Position numbers and translations under genes: made by a program
The notes under the pieces: generated by a model
What the model saw: only the letters and a program-made list of their open reading frames with translations
Databases searched by the model: none
Told to the model about the DNA's origin: nothing
NCBI GenBank assembly: GCA_964627245.1
Contig: CAZVGS010000001.1
Span: forward strand, 89,256-153,255
Direction: 5' to 3'
From: an uncultured Gammaproteobacteria bacterium
Lineage (GTDB): Bacteria > Patescibacteriota > Microgenomatia > Levybacterales > GWA1-39-11
DNA: 64,000 nucleotides
Shown: one piece after another, positions 8,311 to 18,106 of the stretch
Position numbering within the stretch: position 1 is the stretch's first letter
Layout: every line of letters starts with the position of its first letter

Positions 8311-10227
8311 TTAATCGTGCCAAATGTCATTACCTCTCGCATCCATACCTAACCACTGCTGAGATTTTTCTAATTCCTCACGCCAGTACCACCCGCCGGG
8401 AACTTTTTCTTCTGTCTTTTTCTTAATAGCTGGTTTCCGTGTTGGGGTCGGAGACGGAGCTTCAGTTGTTATCGGGCTAGGGGTAACTGATGGTATTGCG
8501 TTTACCGTTGCTACCGGAGAAAGAATTTCGAGAGCACTCACTTCTTTTATCTTTGTTGCCGAATCAAATAAATAGTAAGTAGTAAATCCAGATACAGTTG
8601 CAAATACAGAGATGAAAATAATGATTTGACTTACAGTGAGATAATTAGCTCTAATGTGTGAAAATGCATAATTAATCCGTTTTGATAGGGGTGGGATTTC
8701 ACTTAACCGTCTTTTGGTATTTCTCATCTGTACAACCAAAATAAACGTTATTATGAAATTCCAAAAAATCCAGAATTGAATAGAAAAATAATCAATATCA
8801 AATAAATGAATATCCCCTGTCCTTAGCCCAATCAGAATTAGAATAGTATAGAAAGTGAAATATATGGTTACAAACCGTGTCGTTTGTGAGAAAGCATGAG
8901 AGACAGATTTGTGTTTCGCGTTAGTTGAAACCCATCCGACAGATTTTTTGAACAATGCGGTTTTTACTGCGTGGGAATACGCATAAGTTCGAGCCATGAG
9001 AATTCCAAAATACCCGAATCGAAATTTAGCGACTGGGAATAACCACAGGTAAACAATTGCAAAAATTAAGTGAGGGTAAAAGAGCAAACTCTTACCGAGA
9101 GGAATATATTCATTGTATAAGAACAGTGTCCAAAAGAGATGGAAAGAGAAGAGGATCATCAAAGGGTGATGTAAATAGAACATAAACCCGGTAATAAAGC
9201 AGAATTTGGTTTTCCACGATGTCTTACCTTTCCAGAAAAATTTTGAAAGCATTAATCGCAAACTACCCATACACCATCTATGTTGTTGGTGGAAAAAGGC
9301 GTATTGATTATCCGGGCATAATCCAATAGATAGAAGTATCGGTACAAATAGAACCCTTAAACCTACTCTTGAAATAGCGTACCCAGTATGAGCATCTTCA
9401 CTGTATTCAATCTGATAGGGTCCGCCGATTGCCTCGATTGCACTTCTCCGATACAATGCACACGAACCACAGCATATAGCCCCCCCGAATCGACTTCTCG
9501 TCACTTGAATAAATCGGTAAAATGGCTCTTCGGCAAATGCTGCGTTATATGCGAATTTTGATTTTTTATATGCATTATCTGACAAATCAAAGTATTGAGG
9601 CGTTTGAACAATTCCGACAGTTGGATCATCCATATACGGGAGCGTTTCTTTTATAAAATCGGGATGGGGTGCGAAATCAGCATCAAAGATTGCGATAAAA
9701 TGACCATTAGACCTCTCAAAAGTATGTTTCAAATTTCCAGCCTTTTTCATATGTCCCTTATTCGGCCGTTCCATATAAACGAATCCAAAGTGTTGAGCCA
9801 ATTCTTTATGCGCCTCGAAATTTTCCTTCGAATCATCCAATACGTATACGGTTTTATTTTTATAGTTAATGTTTGATACGTGTTCCCAGGTATTTCTGAG
9901 TACGTCAACTTCTTCACCACAAATAGGCAAGAAAATATCAACGGGGGGTTCTTTGTCATATGATTTTACAAGTGCAAAGTGTTTCAGCAAGTCAAATTGA
10001 CGGTAAAACAAGTTAAGGCCAAAGCTGGCAAGGTGATAAATAGAGAGTAGTATAAAAATTGGAATGACAAAAAATGAATAAAACGGGTCTATCCCTATGA
10101 CGTTCCAGTACCCAAGCATAATCAAGATCCATGAGAAAATCCCAAATCCATACAGTAATCTAACTTTCCAGGTGGGAGTTTTTTCAATATACAGGTACTT
10201 ATTAATTGTCGAGGGGTTGGGGAGCAT
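8311..10227 (-). CDS. Processive family-2 glycosyltransferase (cellulose/chitin/hyaluronan-synthase-like), membrane-embedded
   Basis: 638 aa. Two N-terminal TM helices; catalytic motifs VLDDS, IFDADF, VGIVQTPQYF and QQHRWCMGS (QxxRW). Multiple C-terminal TM helices. PT-rich C-terminal tail ending ...PGGWYWREELEKSQQWLG. Confidence 0.75.
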   Translation of the reverse strand: MLPNPSTINKYLYIEKTPTWKVRLLYGFGIFSWILIMLGYWNVIGIDPFYSFFVIPIFILLSIYHLASFGLNLFYRQFDLLKHFALVKSYDKEPPVDIFLPICGEEVDVLRNTWEHVSNINYKNKTVYVLDDSKENFEAHKELAQHFGFVYMERPNKGHMKKAGNLKHTFERSNGHFIAIFDADFAPHPDFIKETLPYMDDPTVGIVQTPQYFDLSDNAYKKSKFAYNAAFAEEPFYRFIQVTRSRFGGAICCGSCALYRRSAIEAIGGPYQIEYSEDAHTGYAISRVGLRVLFVPILLSIGLCPDNQYAFFHQQHRWCMGSLRLMLSKFFWKGKTSWKTKFCFITGFMFYLHHPLMILFSFHLFWTLFLYNEYIPLGKSLLFYPHLIFAIVYLWLFPVAKFRFGYFGILMARTYAYSHAVKTALFKKSVGWVSTNAKHKSVSHAFSQTTRFVTIYFTFYTILILIGLRTGDIHLFDIDYFSIQFWIFWNFIITFILVVQMRNTKRRLSEIPPLSKRINYAFSHIRANYLTVSQIIIFISVFATVSGFTTYYLFDSATKIKEVSALEILSPVATVNAIPSVTPSPITTEAPSPTPTRKPAIKKKTEEKVPGGWYWREELEKSQQWLGMDARGNDIWHD

Positions 10228-10232
10228 ACGAA

Positions 10233-10532
10233 CTAGTTACCACCATTTCGTACACGGGACACAAAATCTCTAATTCTTTGTTGAAAGTCATTGTTATATT
10301 CTTTGAATTCTGGATTACGAACAGCTTTACAGCTTGGATAAGAAATTTGTCGATTAAATGGAAGTTCGCGTGTTACAGTCTGACAAACAATAGTTACAGG
10401 TGTATGAGGATTATCATAAATTGGCGGTGTTACTCCACCTCCACCATAAGCAGAAGCTGTTGGAACGTTAAATAAGAATACGGAGAGAATAAATGTGAGT
10501 ATAAATAACTTTTTCATCCTTAAAAGCATCAT
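10233..10532 (-). CDS. Small secreted protein
   Basis: 99 aa with a cleavable signal peptide (MKKLFILTFILSVFLFNVPTASA). Confidence 0.4.
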   Translation of the reverse strand: MMLLRMKKLFILTFILSVFLFNVPTASAYGGGGVTPPIYDNPHTPVTIVCQTVTRELPFNRQISYPSCKAVRNPEFKEYNNDFQQRIRDFVSRVRNGGN

Positions 10533-10789
10533 AACAGATGCATCTTATAATATCAATACCCATTTCTTACAATATTTTAATTTTTGAAAACTTGACTTCC
10601 TGTCCGTTAGTACGATAGGGTTTCATCATAAGCTAAACAGCCAAGCACTAGCACTTAGCGACTAATCGTATTTTCGAGAGGTCGCTTTTTTTGTGGCTGG
10701 AATGTTGAAAAGCGGGGGTTCCTCCTTCAACAAGGGGTCCATAATGCCCCCGCCTTTGAGCCTTTCAGTTAAATGATACAAGGTTAAAT

Positions 10790-11062
10790 ATGAAGAAAGT
10801 AAGCAGAAACAATTTATACAGAGAGATAGACAAATTATTCCTTTGGTTAATTCAGTTACCCGATACTGATGCCGATGAGGATAAGTCTTTGCGTGAAATT
10901 CAGAAACATCTTGTCAGGTTATCAAATCTGAAAAGTGAGGAATACACTCAGGAAGCTCCTGAACAGCCGGAACAACCGCAACAGCAGGAACCGCAAAAGC
11001 CGTTAACCGATATGCAACGAAAAATTATGAGCGGGGAAATCTCGATAGGAGGACAGGAATAA
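10790..11062 (+). CDS. Hypothetical protein (acidic, Q/P-rich C-terminus)
   Basis: 90-aa ORF, first gene after the second copy of the TTGACTTCCTG motif and the conserved leader. Confidence 0.4.
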   Translation: MKKVSRNNLYREIDKLFLWLIQLPDTDADEDKSLREIQKHLVRLSNLKSEEYTQEAPEQPEQPQQQEPQKPLTDMQRKIMSGEISIGGQE

Positions 11063-11063
11063 A

Positions 11064-12101
11064 ATGGCTTGGGGCGAACAGGGACAGAAAATTACATGGA
11101 CACCGAACGTAGTTTCAGACGATAAGAAACAACACGGCGGATGGTATGACAATCCTTCAACGGGATATAACCAACGGTGGTACTCAGGCGGTGCAACCAG
11201 TGAAAACGGTAACTCTTCCTCTAGTGGCTTCTCAATTCCTCAACCTGATATGGAAGCAATCAATCGGGAGTATCAGCCTATTTATGAGAATTATGCCCGT
11301 GATGAGCAGTTCTTAAAAGAATCCCAGGCAAGTGAGCAGGAAATGCTTAATGACAATTTTACTCTTGCCGATACCCGACTTGATAGGAATAAAACGGAGC
11401 GCGAGTTACACAACAAGGAACAGGAAACTACACTTAATAATCAATACCGCTCAGCGTACGAGGAAGTAGTACGCGCACAGAACGCATTAACACAGCAGGG
11501 AAATGTACGATTCGGAGGCACATCTTCAGCGGGTCGGGCTATGGGAGAAATCGCACAAAGTGAATTCTTCCGACAGTCAGGAAAAATACAGAATACCCAT
11601 CTTGAGAATATAGGCAGAATTCAGTCCGATTGGAGAAAATATCTTTCTTGGCATGCGGACGAAGAGCAAAGACTGGTCCAGGAGAAAAGACACGAAACCA
11701 CAAAACTTCAAAACACGTACAAACAGATGTATGTTCAGATTGCAAATAACCGTAACATCACAAAATCAGAACAGGCACGGGCACAGCGCAACGCTCAGGA
11801 AACATACCAGGCACGTAAGGCAGACCTTGAGAACTCTATCAAACTCAGACAGATGGCAATGGATGAGTACGCCCAAAAACTCAGAATGGAACTTGATGCG
11901 CAAATTGAGTTAGCGGGTAAAACAGCCTATTCGGTATCGGATAACACGTTTGCAAGTGATACTCAGTCAGATGTTGACGGTGTAAGTTATGTTCCTTCCG
12001 AGAACGGCAGTCTTATGAATATGAATACCAGTTATGTAAATCCGTTCGCACGCGCACGATACAGCGATGATGAATTTGAGGATAATCCTTATTTCGCTTA
12101 A
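11064..12101 (+). CDS. Hypothetical protein with a Q/N-rich coiled-coil region (possible virion/structural protein)
   Basis: 345-aa ORF abutting its neighbours. No enzymatic motif. Confidence 0.45.
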   Translation: MAWGEQGQKITWTPNVVSDDKKQHGGWYDNPSTGYNQRWYSGGATSENGNSSSSGFSIPQPDMEAINREYQPIYENYARDEQFLKESQASEQEMLNDNFTLADTRLDRNKTERELHNKEQETTLNNQYRSAYEEVVRAQNALTQQGNVRFGGTSSAGRAMGEIAQSEFFRQSGKIQNTHLENIGRIQSDWRKYLSWHADEEQRLVQEKRHETTKLQNTYKQMYVQIANNRNITKSEQARAQRNAQETYQARKADLENSIKLRQMAMDEYAQKLRMELDAQIELAGKTAYSVSDNTFASDTQSDVDGVSYVPSENGSLMNMNTSYVNPFARARYSDDEFEDNPYFA

Positions 12102-12106
12102 TAACT

Positions 12107-15100
12107 ATGGAATTAAAATCACTGCTCAGAGACGTTTCACGCCGTTATAACGAATATAACCGTAAACAGAAAAAACCACGCATACAGCCGAGTCTTATTG
12201 AAGATGTCGGGAACCGATTCCGCTCATTCGTAAAAGAACAGTCTCAGGAAGGCCAACCGCTCCACAAAATAACCCGCACCATTCAGGAATTACCGTTAGT
12301 TACACAACGCGAAGTAGATGAGGTCGGGACCCGCTTTCGCTCTTTCGTGGATGAAAGACAAAAAAATGTTGATGATGTGGGTAAACGATTCGGGGAATTC
12401 AAAGTAAAGGCTTCTCAGTTTTCAAAGGATTATGACCCGTTCAACTTTGATGAAAAAGCCCCGATAAATCAGCTTCCCGTTCTCGGCGATATCCGCAGAA
12501 CATTACAGCCGTATACAAATCCTTATAAATTAGGTCCTATGGAACTGATGCGCAGAAATACGGAACTCATGCAAAAAGAGAGTAAAGGAATTGCATTGAC
12601 CGATGAGGAAAAGGAATTTCAGAAGTATTACATGACCGAACAGGCTTCTATGGTTATGCCGATGGGTACGGTCGGTAAAGTGGCAAAACCCGCATTAACC
12701 GCATTGCAGAAAGAAGCCGTAAAGAAATTACCTAAAATACTCTATGAATTTGATGCTAAGACCGCAAACAAGGTAATTGATGAAGCAAAAGGAGCCTCTA
12801 AAGAATGGGTTGATGAATTCAAATCATGGGTAAATACCAGAGCATCCGCACAGCTTCAGGGACTGAATCAGCGGATGAAATTCAAGGATATGGATTCTGA
12901 GGGAATTGCAGGTATTTTTAAGTTCCAGGCAGGAGACAAGACGGGACGGTTTGCCGATGTGAAGAAATTTTTTGATTCCCGCTATTCAGAACTTCAGAAA
13001 GCAGGAGTTGAATTCAGATATAAACAGGAGTATCTACCGCAACTATGGCTTAATTCAAAAGAAGAGGTTGAGGAACGGCTCGGACGAACTCTTACTTCCC
13101 GTCCTTCCTTCTCTCTTCGATCAGTAATTGAGAATTATCAGAAAGGAATAGCTAACGGACTAAAACCGCGCTTTCAGACATTATCGGAACTTATCGGATG
13201 GTATGAGGCAAAAACGGCCAAAGTTATAGCGGATCAGAATTTTTACAACTACATGAAGAAGGCAAAGTATATTCTTCCTGAGGATACGGCTCCTGCATGG
13301 TGGAAAACGATAGATTCCGAGAAGTTTCCGAAGTTCACGGTTAAAGTAGGTTCGGAGGTTAAGAATCTGAACTATAAAGCTGAGGGAAGAATTGCGGATG
13401 CTATTAACAATTATCTTAATGACCCTGAAGGAGCATTACCAGCTTTTGCTGACTTTGCCACGAAGGTTAAGAATCTGGGATTATCGGCAGGCGTACCCCA
13501 TACTTCAATTAACTTTCACGGCTATAACATCTTCGTCCGTTCGGTCCTGGCAAGTAATAACCCCGTATCTTCTATTTTCAGAACAGGCCAATGGATGCTT
13601 AAACCCAAAATTGCGGAACGGTTTGTTATGAATAACCTTGAGGATGCGCAGTATTTTGTTAAAAACGGCATGACCATGAGTACCGAGGATTACGGACTGT
13701 TCGAGGCGGTTGAGAAGGTTAAAAAAAGCGGTGTAATTAATAAGACATTAGATAAATATGAGGAATGGTTCGGGGACCCTCTGTTTAAGAAATCCCTTCC
13801 CGCAATCAAAATTCAGTATACCCGCGCATTGTTTGATGATTTACTCAAAACATTGCCTGAAGAGGAAGCGGTAAAGATAGCCGTAAAAAGCGCAAATGAT
13901 GTATTCGGGGGAATTAATTTGAATGAACTGATGCGCAACAAACAAACACAAAATGTACTCCGTTCCGTTCTGCTCGCGCCAGACTGGGCTGAGTCTACAA
14001 TCAGAATGGGTAAAGGAATTGTTAAAGGAGTTGCCAACCCGTTAAGCCCCGAGTACAAAGCATACCGTACTTTTGCCAAAAACATGGTATTCGGGTATAT
14101 CACGGCCAACGTTGTGAATAAAGCTCTGTCAGGTCACTGGATGTTTGAAAATGAAGGTAACAATAAATTCAATATTGATACCGGTACATATACGGGAGAC
14201 GGTAAGAAACGGTACTTCAGAATCTGGGGTACGGCCGTTGATTTTGCCAGACTTCCTGTTGATATCGTTAACGGTCTCTCAAAAGGCGATCCGTCAGCAT
14301 TTGTCAGAACCTTCACTAACCGCTTATCCATGCCTGTAGGTTCAGCAGGACATTTACTATTCAATAAAGATTATCTCGGACGGCCCGTATACGGAAAAGA
14401 CCAATGGGGAAATGAAATCGACCCTATACAGTCAGCAGGAGGCATAACAAATGAAGTATTACGCGGTGTCGGAACTCCTACTCAGGTAATGGCGGGTATT
14501 GATTTACTTACAGGGCGTTCAAATCCCGAACAGGCTCTTGCTCAGTCACTTGAACTTCCGATGCGATATCAGGGAGGAGCAAGCTCGGACACACAGAAAA
14601 GAAGAAATGCAGCGTTTCAGTCTCTCGGCTTTGAAGGCGAAGCATTAGCCCGCGAAATGGAGAGAACAAAGGGTATGAGATATTCGGGAAGTCAGGGAGA
14701 AGAAAAGTCACTGCTTGACCATATCGGAGAAAAGTTCATGAGCGTATTCGGTAAGAAAGAACCTAACAGACCTCAGCCGAATGACCCGCTTACAAAGGCT
14801 TTTCTTGCGGATATCGAAAAGGATGAGAATGCTACCCGTGTAAGAGAAGTATTCAAATTAGGTTTAAGCAAGGAACAGACAGAACAGTTACTTGAAAAGG
14901 AAGGATTAGGTACGTATGAAGAAGCTGAATTGATAATTATGAAAGCTCTCGGTGTTGAGAACGGAACTCGTGGAAATTACATTCAGGAGATTACAAAGGG
15001 AATGGATGATGAAAGTAAAGAGGCCACTCTTTCCTATCTGGCCGAGAACGAAATTCTGACTACCTCAGTTATATCCCAATGGGTTGATGACGGGGAAATA

Positions 15101-15391
15101 ACAGACGAGGAAGCCGATTATCTGAAGGACCTGATTAAAAAAAGTAAAGGAACGTACAAAGGTCCGAAGGCAAAAGGCGGTAAGAAAGCGGGCGCAAAGA
15201 AAGTAACGGCAGGAAGTATCCCGACAATTAAGATTCCTACTTTTGCGGGCGGTACGGTTAAGAGTGTCAGCAAGGCATATTACAAACCGATACCAAAGAT
15301 TACCTATGAAAGACCTACGCCTACTTCAAAACAAAAAGTATCAGCTCCGAAGCCTGAGACTAATTTTAAATCATACGGAGGGAACAACTAA
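12107..15391 (+). CDS. Large (1094-aa) hypothetical protein of the mobile element, mostly helical with a Lys-rich C-terminus
   Basis: Long uninterrupted ORF. No Walker A motif and no TM segments, so it is neither a terminase nor a classic tape-measure protein. Size and position suggest a virion-associated or DNA-transfer protein. Confidence 0.5.
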   Translation: MELKSLLRDVSRRYNEYNRKQKKPRIQPSLIEDVGNRFRSFVKEQSQEGQPLHKITRTIQELPLVTQREVDEVGTRFRSFVDERQKNVDDVGKRFGEFKVKASQFSKDYDPFNFDEKAPINQLPVLGDIRRTLQPYTNPYKLGPMELMRRNTELMQKESKGIALTDEEKEFQKYYMTEQASMVMPMGTVGKVAKPALTALQKEAVKKLPKILYEFDAKTANKVIDEAKGASKEWVDEFKSWVNTRASAQLQGLNQRMKFKDMDSEGIAGIFKFQAGDKTGRFADVKKFFDSRYSELQKAGVEFRYKQEYLPQLWLNSKEEVEERLGRTLTSRPSFSLRSVIENYQKGIANGLKPRFQTLSELIGWYEAKTAKVIADQNFYNYMKKAKYILPEDTAPAWWKTIDSEKFPKFTVKVGSEVKNLNYKAEGRIADAINNYLNDPEGALPAFADFATKVKNLGLSAGVPHTSINFHGYNIFVRSVLASNNPVSSIFRTGQWMLKPKIAERFVMNNLEDAQYFVKNGMTMSTEDYGLFEAVEKVKKSGVINKTLDKYEEWFGDPLFKKSLPAIKIQYTRALFDDLLKTLPEEEAVKIAVKSANDVFGGINLNELMRNKQTQNVLRSVLLAPDWAESTIRMGKGIVKGVANPLSPEYKAYRTFAKNMVFGYITANVVNKALSGHWMFENEGNNKFNIDTGTYTGDGKKRYFRIWGTAVDFARLPVDIVNGLSKGDPSAFVRTFTNRLSMPVGSAGHLLFNKDYLGRPVYGKDQWGNEIDPIQSAGGITNEVLRGVGTPTQVMAGIDLLTGRSNPEQALAQSLELPMRYQGGASSDTQKRRNAAFQSLGFEGEALAREMERTKGMRYSGSQGEEKSLLDHIGEKFMSVFGKKEPNRPQPNDPLTKAFLADIEKDENATRVREVFKLGLSKEQTEQLLEKEGLGTYEEAELIIMKALGVENGTRGNYIQEITKGMDDESKEATLSYLAENEILTTSVISQWVDDGEITDEEADYLKDLIKKSKGTYKGPKAKGGKKAGAKKVTAGSIPTIKIPTFAGGTVKSVSKAYYKPIPKITYERPTPTSKQKVSAPKPETNFKSYGGNN

Positions 15392-15393
15392 TT

Positions 15394-15579
15394 ATGAATA
15401 AAAAGTGTCTTACATGCGGGACGGAATTACAGAAACGAAAACATGAAAGCCGGGCAAGATTTGAAAAAAAGCAGTTCTGTACGGCCGAACATGCCAGGAC
15501 ACATATGAAGGAAACAGGGCGTGGCTGGTGGAATCCGGAATTTGATAGAGGAAAACTCAGAGCAAAGGGGGTGAATTAA
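15394..15579 (+). CDS. Small zinc-ribbon protein
   Basis: 61 aa, CLTCG...C..H. Confidence 0.35.
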   Translation: MNKKCLTCGTELQKRKHESRARFEKKQFCTAEHARTHMKETGRGWWNPEFDRGKLRAKGVN

Positions 15580-15581
15580 AT

Positions 15582-15776
15582 ATGAACAAAGACCAATTAA
15601 GAGATGAAATGCAACAGGTAGCTTATGACACTATTCGGGGCGTTTCAGGACAACAGGTAAACGAGATTGATTACAAGAACGCGCTTGTATCAAAAACTCA
15701 GGAAGTCGTTGACGGAGCATATCAGCTCGGTTATAACGCGGGCTTTGAGGCGGGCAAAAACGCGCCACAAGGTTAA
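15582..15776 (+). CDS. Small hypothetical protein
   Basis: 64-aa ORF, 2 nt after the previous stop. Confidence 0.3.
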   Translation: MNKDQLRDEMQQVAYDTIRGVSGQQVNEIDYKNALVSKTQEVVDGAYQLGYNAGFEAGKNAPQG

Positions 15777-15808
15777 GAAATATTAAAAATGAAAGGAGGT
15801 GTAAAAAT

Positions 15809-16201
15809 ATGATTCGCAGAGATAAAACAAATTACGATCCTAACAAGGATAAATACAACTGGACGAACGACATGTACCGACAGGATGAGCTTTCTAACAG
15901 GGATTTAGAAGAACAGAAAGCGATAATCAATAACTGGCAGGCTATGAGTGAAAGTAAAAATGAAGCTGAAAAAGCCGAATGGGAACTGAACAGAAGAATT
16001 GCAGCGGTTACCGAAACGGATAATGCAGACATCAGACAGAAAGAGGCAATTAAGAGATACAAAATAGCCCAAAAATATGACGAGATAATCCGTAGCAAAA
16101 TGACAAGAGGCCAGACAGAGGAAGAATTTGAAGAAGAACGTCATGAATACGGAGCATTGCATCGCAGGGCTTTAAAAGAGGCTATGCGGTCAATTGAATA
16201 A
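15809..16201 (+). CDS. Hypothetical charged helical protein
   Basis: 130-aa ORF. Overlaps the next gene by 8 nt. Confidence 0.35.
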   Translation: MIRRDKTNYDPNKDKYNWTNDMYRQDELSNRDLEEQKAIINNWQAMSESKNEAEKAEWELNRRIAAVTETDNADIRQKEAIKRYKIAQKYDEIIRSKMTRGQTEEEFEEERHEYGALHRRALKEAMRSIE

Positions 16202-16553
16202 TATGAGGGACGAGAAATGTATTGAATGCAGTGAGCAATTCACGATTACGGAAAGTGAACAATCATTTTATGTAAAGATGGGGTTCTTTCTTCCGAAAAG
16301 ATGCGCTGATTGCAGAAGAAAAAGAAAAGCTCAATTCGGGCAGGAAAGGAGGTTTAACTTAATGAATAATTCAAAACTTACAACATCAAGAATTACAAAG
16401 GCCACGAAGCAGGAAGCACCTAAAAATGCTATAGATTTTGCTTCTGACCAGAGAAAGGGAGTAACCAACTCTCAGGCTCCTGAAATTCGTGCGAATAACG
16501 GAACCATCTCTAGCAACGGCGGACGGTTCGGCGGATTCCTTAAGAACCGCTAA
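16194..16553 (+). CDS. Zinc-ribbon protein, paralogue of the 5210..5509 ORF
   Basis: 119 aa. CIEC...CADC. N-terminal pattern K-C-x-E-C-x-x-x-F-T-x-T shared with the 5210 ORF. Confidence 0.4.
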   Translation: MNNMRDEKCIECSEQFTITESEQSFYVKMGFFLPKRCADCRRKRKAQFGQERRFNLMNNSKLTTSRITKATKQEAPKNAIDFASDQRKGVTNSQAPEIRANNGTISSNGGRFGGFLKNR

Positions 16554-17042
16554 CGGTAATTGGAGGGCAGGTTGTTGTTCGTGAGTTCAAACGGAAACGA
16601 GCAGTTTCCGGGTAATGTGTTCCTCATGAGCAACGCTCTGTCCTTCAGGACGGAATGGCTTACAGCCTGAGATTTCATAGCTCTCAGTCAACACCAACGG
16701 GCGGAGCGGGTAAAGAATGTGCAGGAAAATCAGTCTCACAATAATAACTTTACCTGCCCGCTACGAAGTGCATACTCTACGGCTCTGTAATGCCTCAAAA
16801 ACGAGAGGAAATGCCTGAATCATACACATATACCATTAACGGGGTAAGACACGAAAAACGAAACTATACGGCCTTCTGGACCATAGATGAATAATAAATA
16901 TATTATGTATGTACAGGCACATAATTAGTTAAGATAACAGTAATTACTTAACGTACTATAAGCTTGACAAGTCACTTCCAGCATGATACAAATAATATGT
17001 AGCAATAAAAAAGCTATCGGGTAATAAGTGTTTGAGCAAATG

Positions 17043-17111
17043 ACCCTTTTCGGGTGCTGTTGTTCTAACTGCTTCAAACACGGCACAGCACTACCCGAAA
17101 GGGGTTTTTTA
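17043..17111 (+). terminator. Intrinsic (Rho-independent) terminator ending the ORF-free region
   Basis: Imperfect long hairpin (ACCCTTTTCGGGTGCTGT ... ACAGCACTACCCGAAAGGGG) followed by TTTTTTATT. Confidence 0.55.
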
Positions 17112-17335
17112 TTGGCTTACTACTAGCCCTATTAGTAGTGCACATACGGTAGAGGCAATCAGATGAATCGCGTAAAAGCGGAAAATCGGTTGTCTCTTTT
17201 TTTGTGGCTTGAATGAGGGGAATCGTCAGCGCGTTCCTCTCCTTCAATTCGCAAGAATTGAGGTAAGTAGTTAAGTCCTTTGTCTGGCTGGCATTTGCTT
17301 CTTTGTCAGTCAGTCAAAGCATTTAAGGAAAGGGG

Positions 17336-17608
17336 GTGAAAATTATGGACAAAAGTAACGAAAACAACCTATGCAATCATTCATTCGGCGAAATAACTGA
17401 ATCAACTGACGGAGTATTTTTTATTGACTGTGAACTTTGCGAAAAGAGAGTAAGAATGACTGATGAACAGTCTGAAGAATTCATGAAATTTAGAGAAAGT
17501 ATGTGTCAGAAATGCAAATCGAATACGGCCGATTGCGGTGATTTATGTAAACGTTGTGACGGTATTTACAAAATTTTAGAGGCTACAAGAACGGAAGAAT
17601 CATGGTAA
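17336..17608 (+). CDS. Cys-rich small protein (multi-Cys zinc-binding)
   Basis: 90 aa. CNHSFGE...CELCEKR...CQKCKS...CGDLCKRCDG. Confidence 0.4.
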   Translation: MKIMDKSNENNLCNHSFGEITESTDGVFFIDCELCEKRVRMTDEQSEEFMKFRESMCQKCKSNTADCGDLCKRCDGIYKILEATRTEESW

Positions 17609-17689
17609 GAGCTGAGAGTTTGTGAGTTTTGCCTGGAGTGGTCCCGGATCACTTCAGACAAAGAACATAAGAGAAGGAGGTGTATTAAT

Positions 17690-18106
17690 ATGGAACACAA
17701 AATATTTAATAAAAAGCATGGATTTACGCAGATTGAAAACTGTATTCTGCGCAGTTCTGTTTTAAGCCAGTCAGCAAAGTTGGTTTATGCTGACCTCGTT
17801 TCTTATGACTTTAATAGTAAAGGAGTTTTCCCGGGACAAGACAGAATGGCATGGGATTTGAGAATGTCACTTAGAACCATCATCCGCGCAATTAAAGAAC
17901 TGGAATCCTGGGGTTTGATAACCGTTGAGCGAAGGGGTAGGAACAAACCCAACTTTTACATTATTGAAGAGGTCCCCCAGAAATTAAAAGATATGTTCAA
18001 CTTTACCCAGCTCGAATGGAAAATACAAAAGGATATGTCACCGGAACAAAGAGCTGAAAGAAACAAAGTTGTGAAAAAACAATGGAAAGAATTCGGCTGG
18101 ATTTGA
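17690..18106 (+). CDS. Winged-helix replication-initiator-like / replisome-organiser N-terminal domain protein
   Basis: 138 aa. FTQIENCILRS..LS..AKLVYADLVSY...GVFPGQDRMAWDLRMSLRTIIRAIKELESWGLITVER resembles the helix-turn-helix (HTH) domain of phage/plasmid replication initiators. Good GGAGG Shine-Dalgarno sequence upstream. Direct repeats immediately downstream. Confidence 0.5.
   Translation: MEHKIFNKKHGFTQIENCILRSSVLSQSAKLVYADLVSYDFNSKGVFPGQDRMAWDLRMSLRTIIRAIKELESWGLITVERRGRNKPNFYIIEEVPQKLKDMFNFTQLEWKIQKDMSPEQRAERNKVVKKQWKEFGWI

Noticed and set aside
12107-15391. Calling the 1094-aa protein a terminase large subunit or tail tape-measure protein
   Set aside because: No Walker A/B motifs, no TM segments and no obvious periodic repeats. 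I keep it as hypothetical rather than force a phage structural label.
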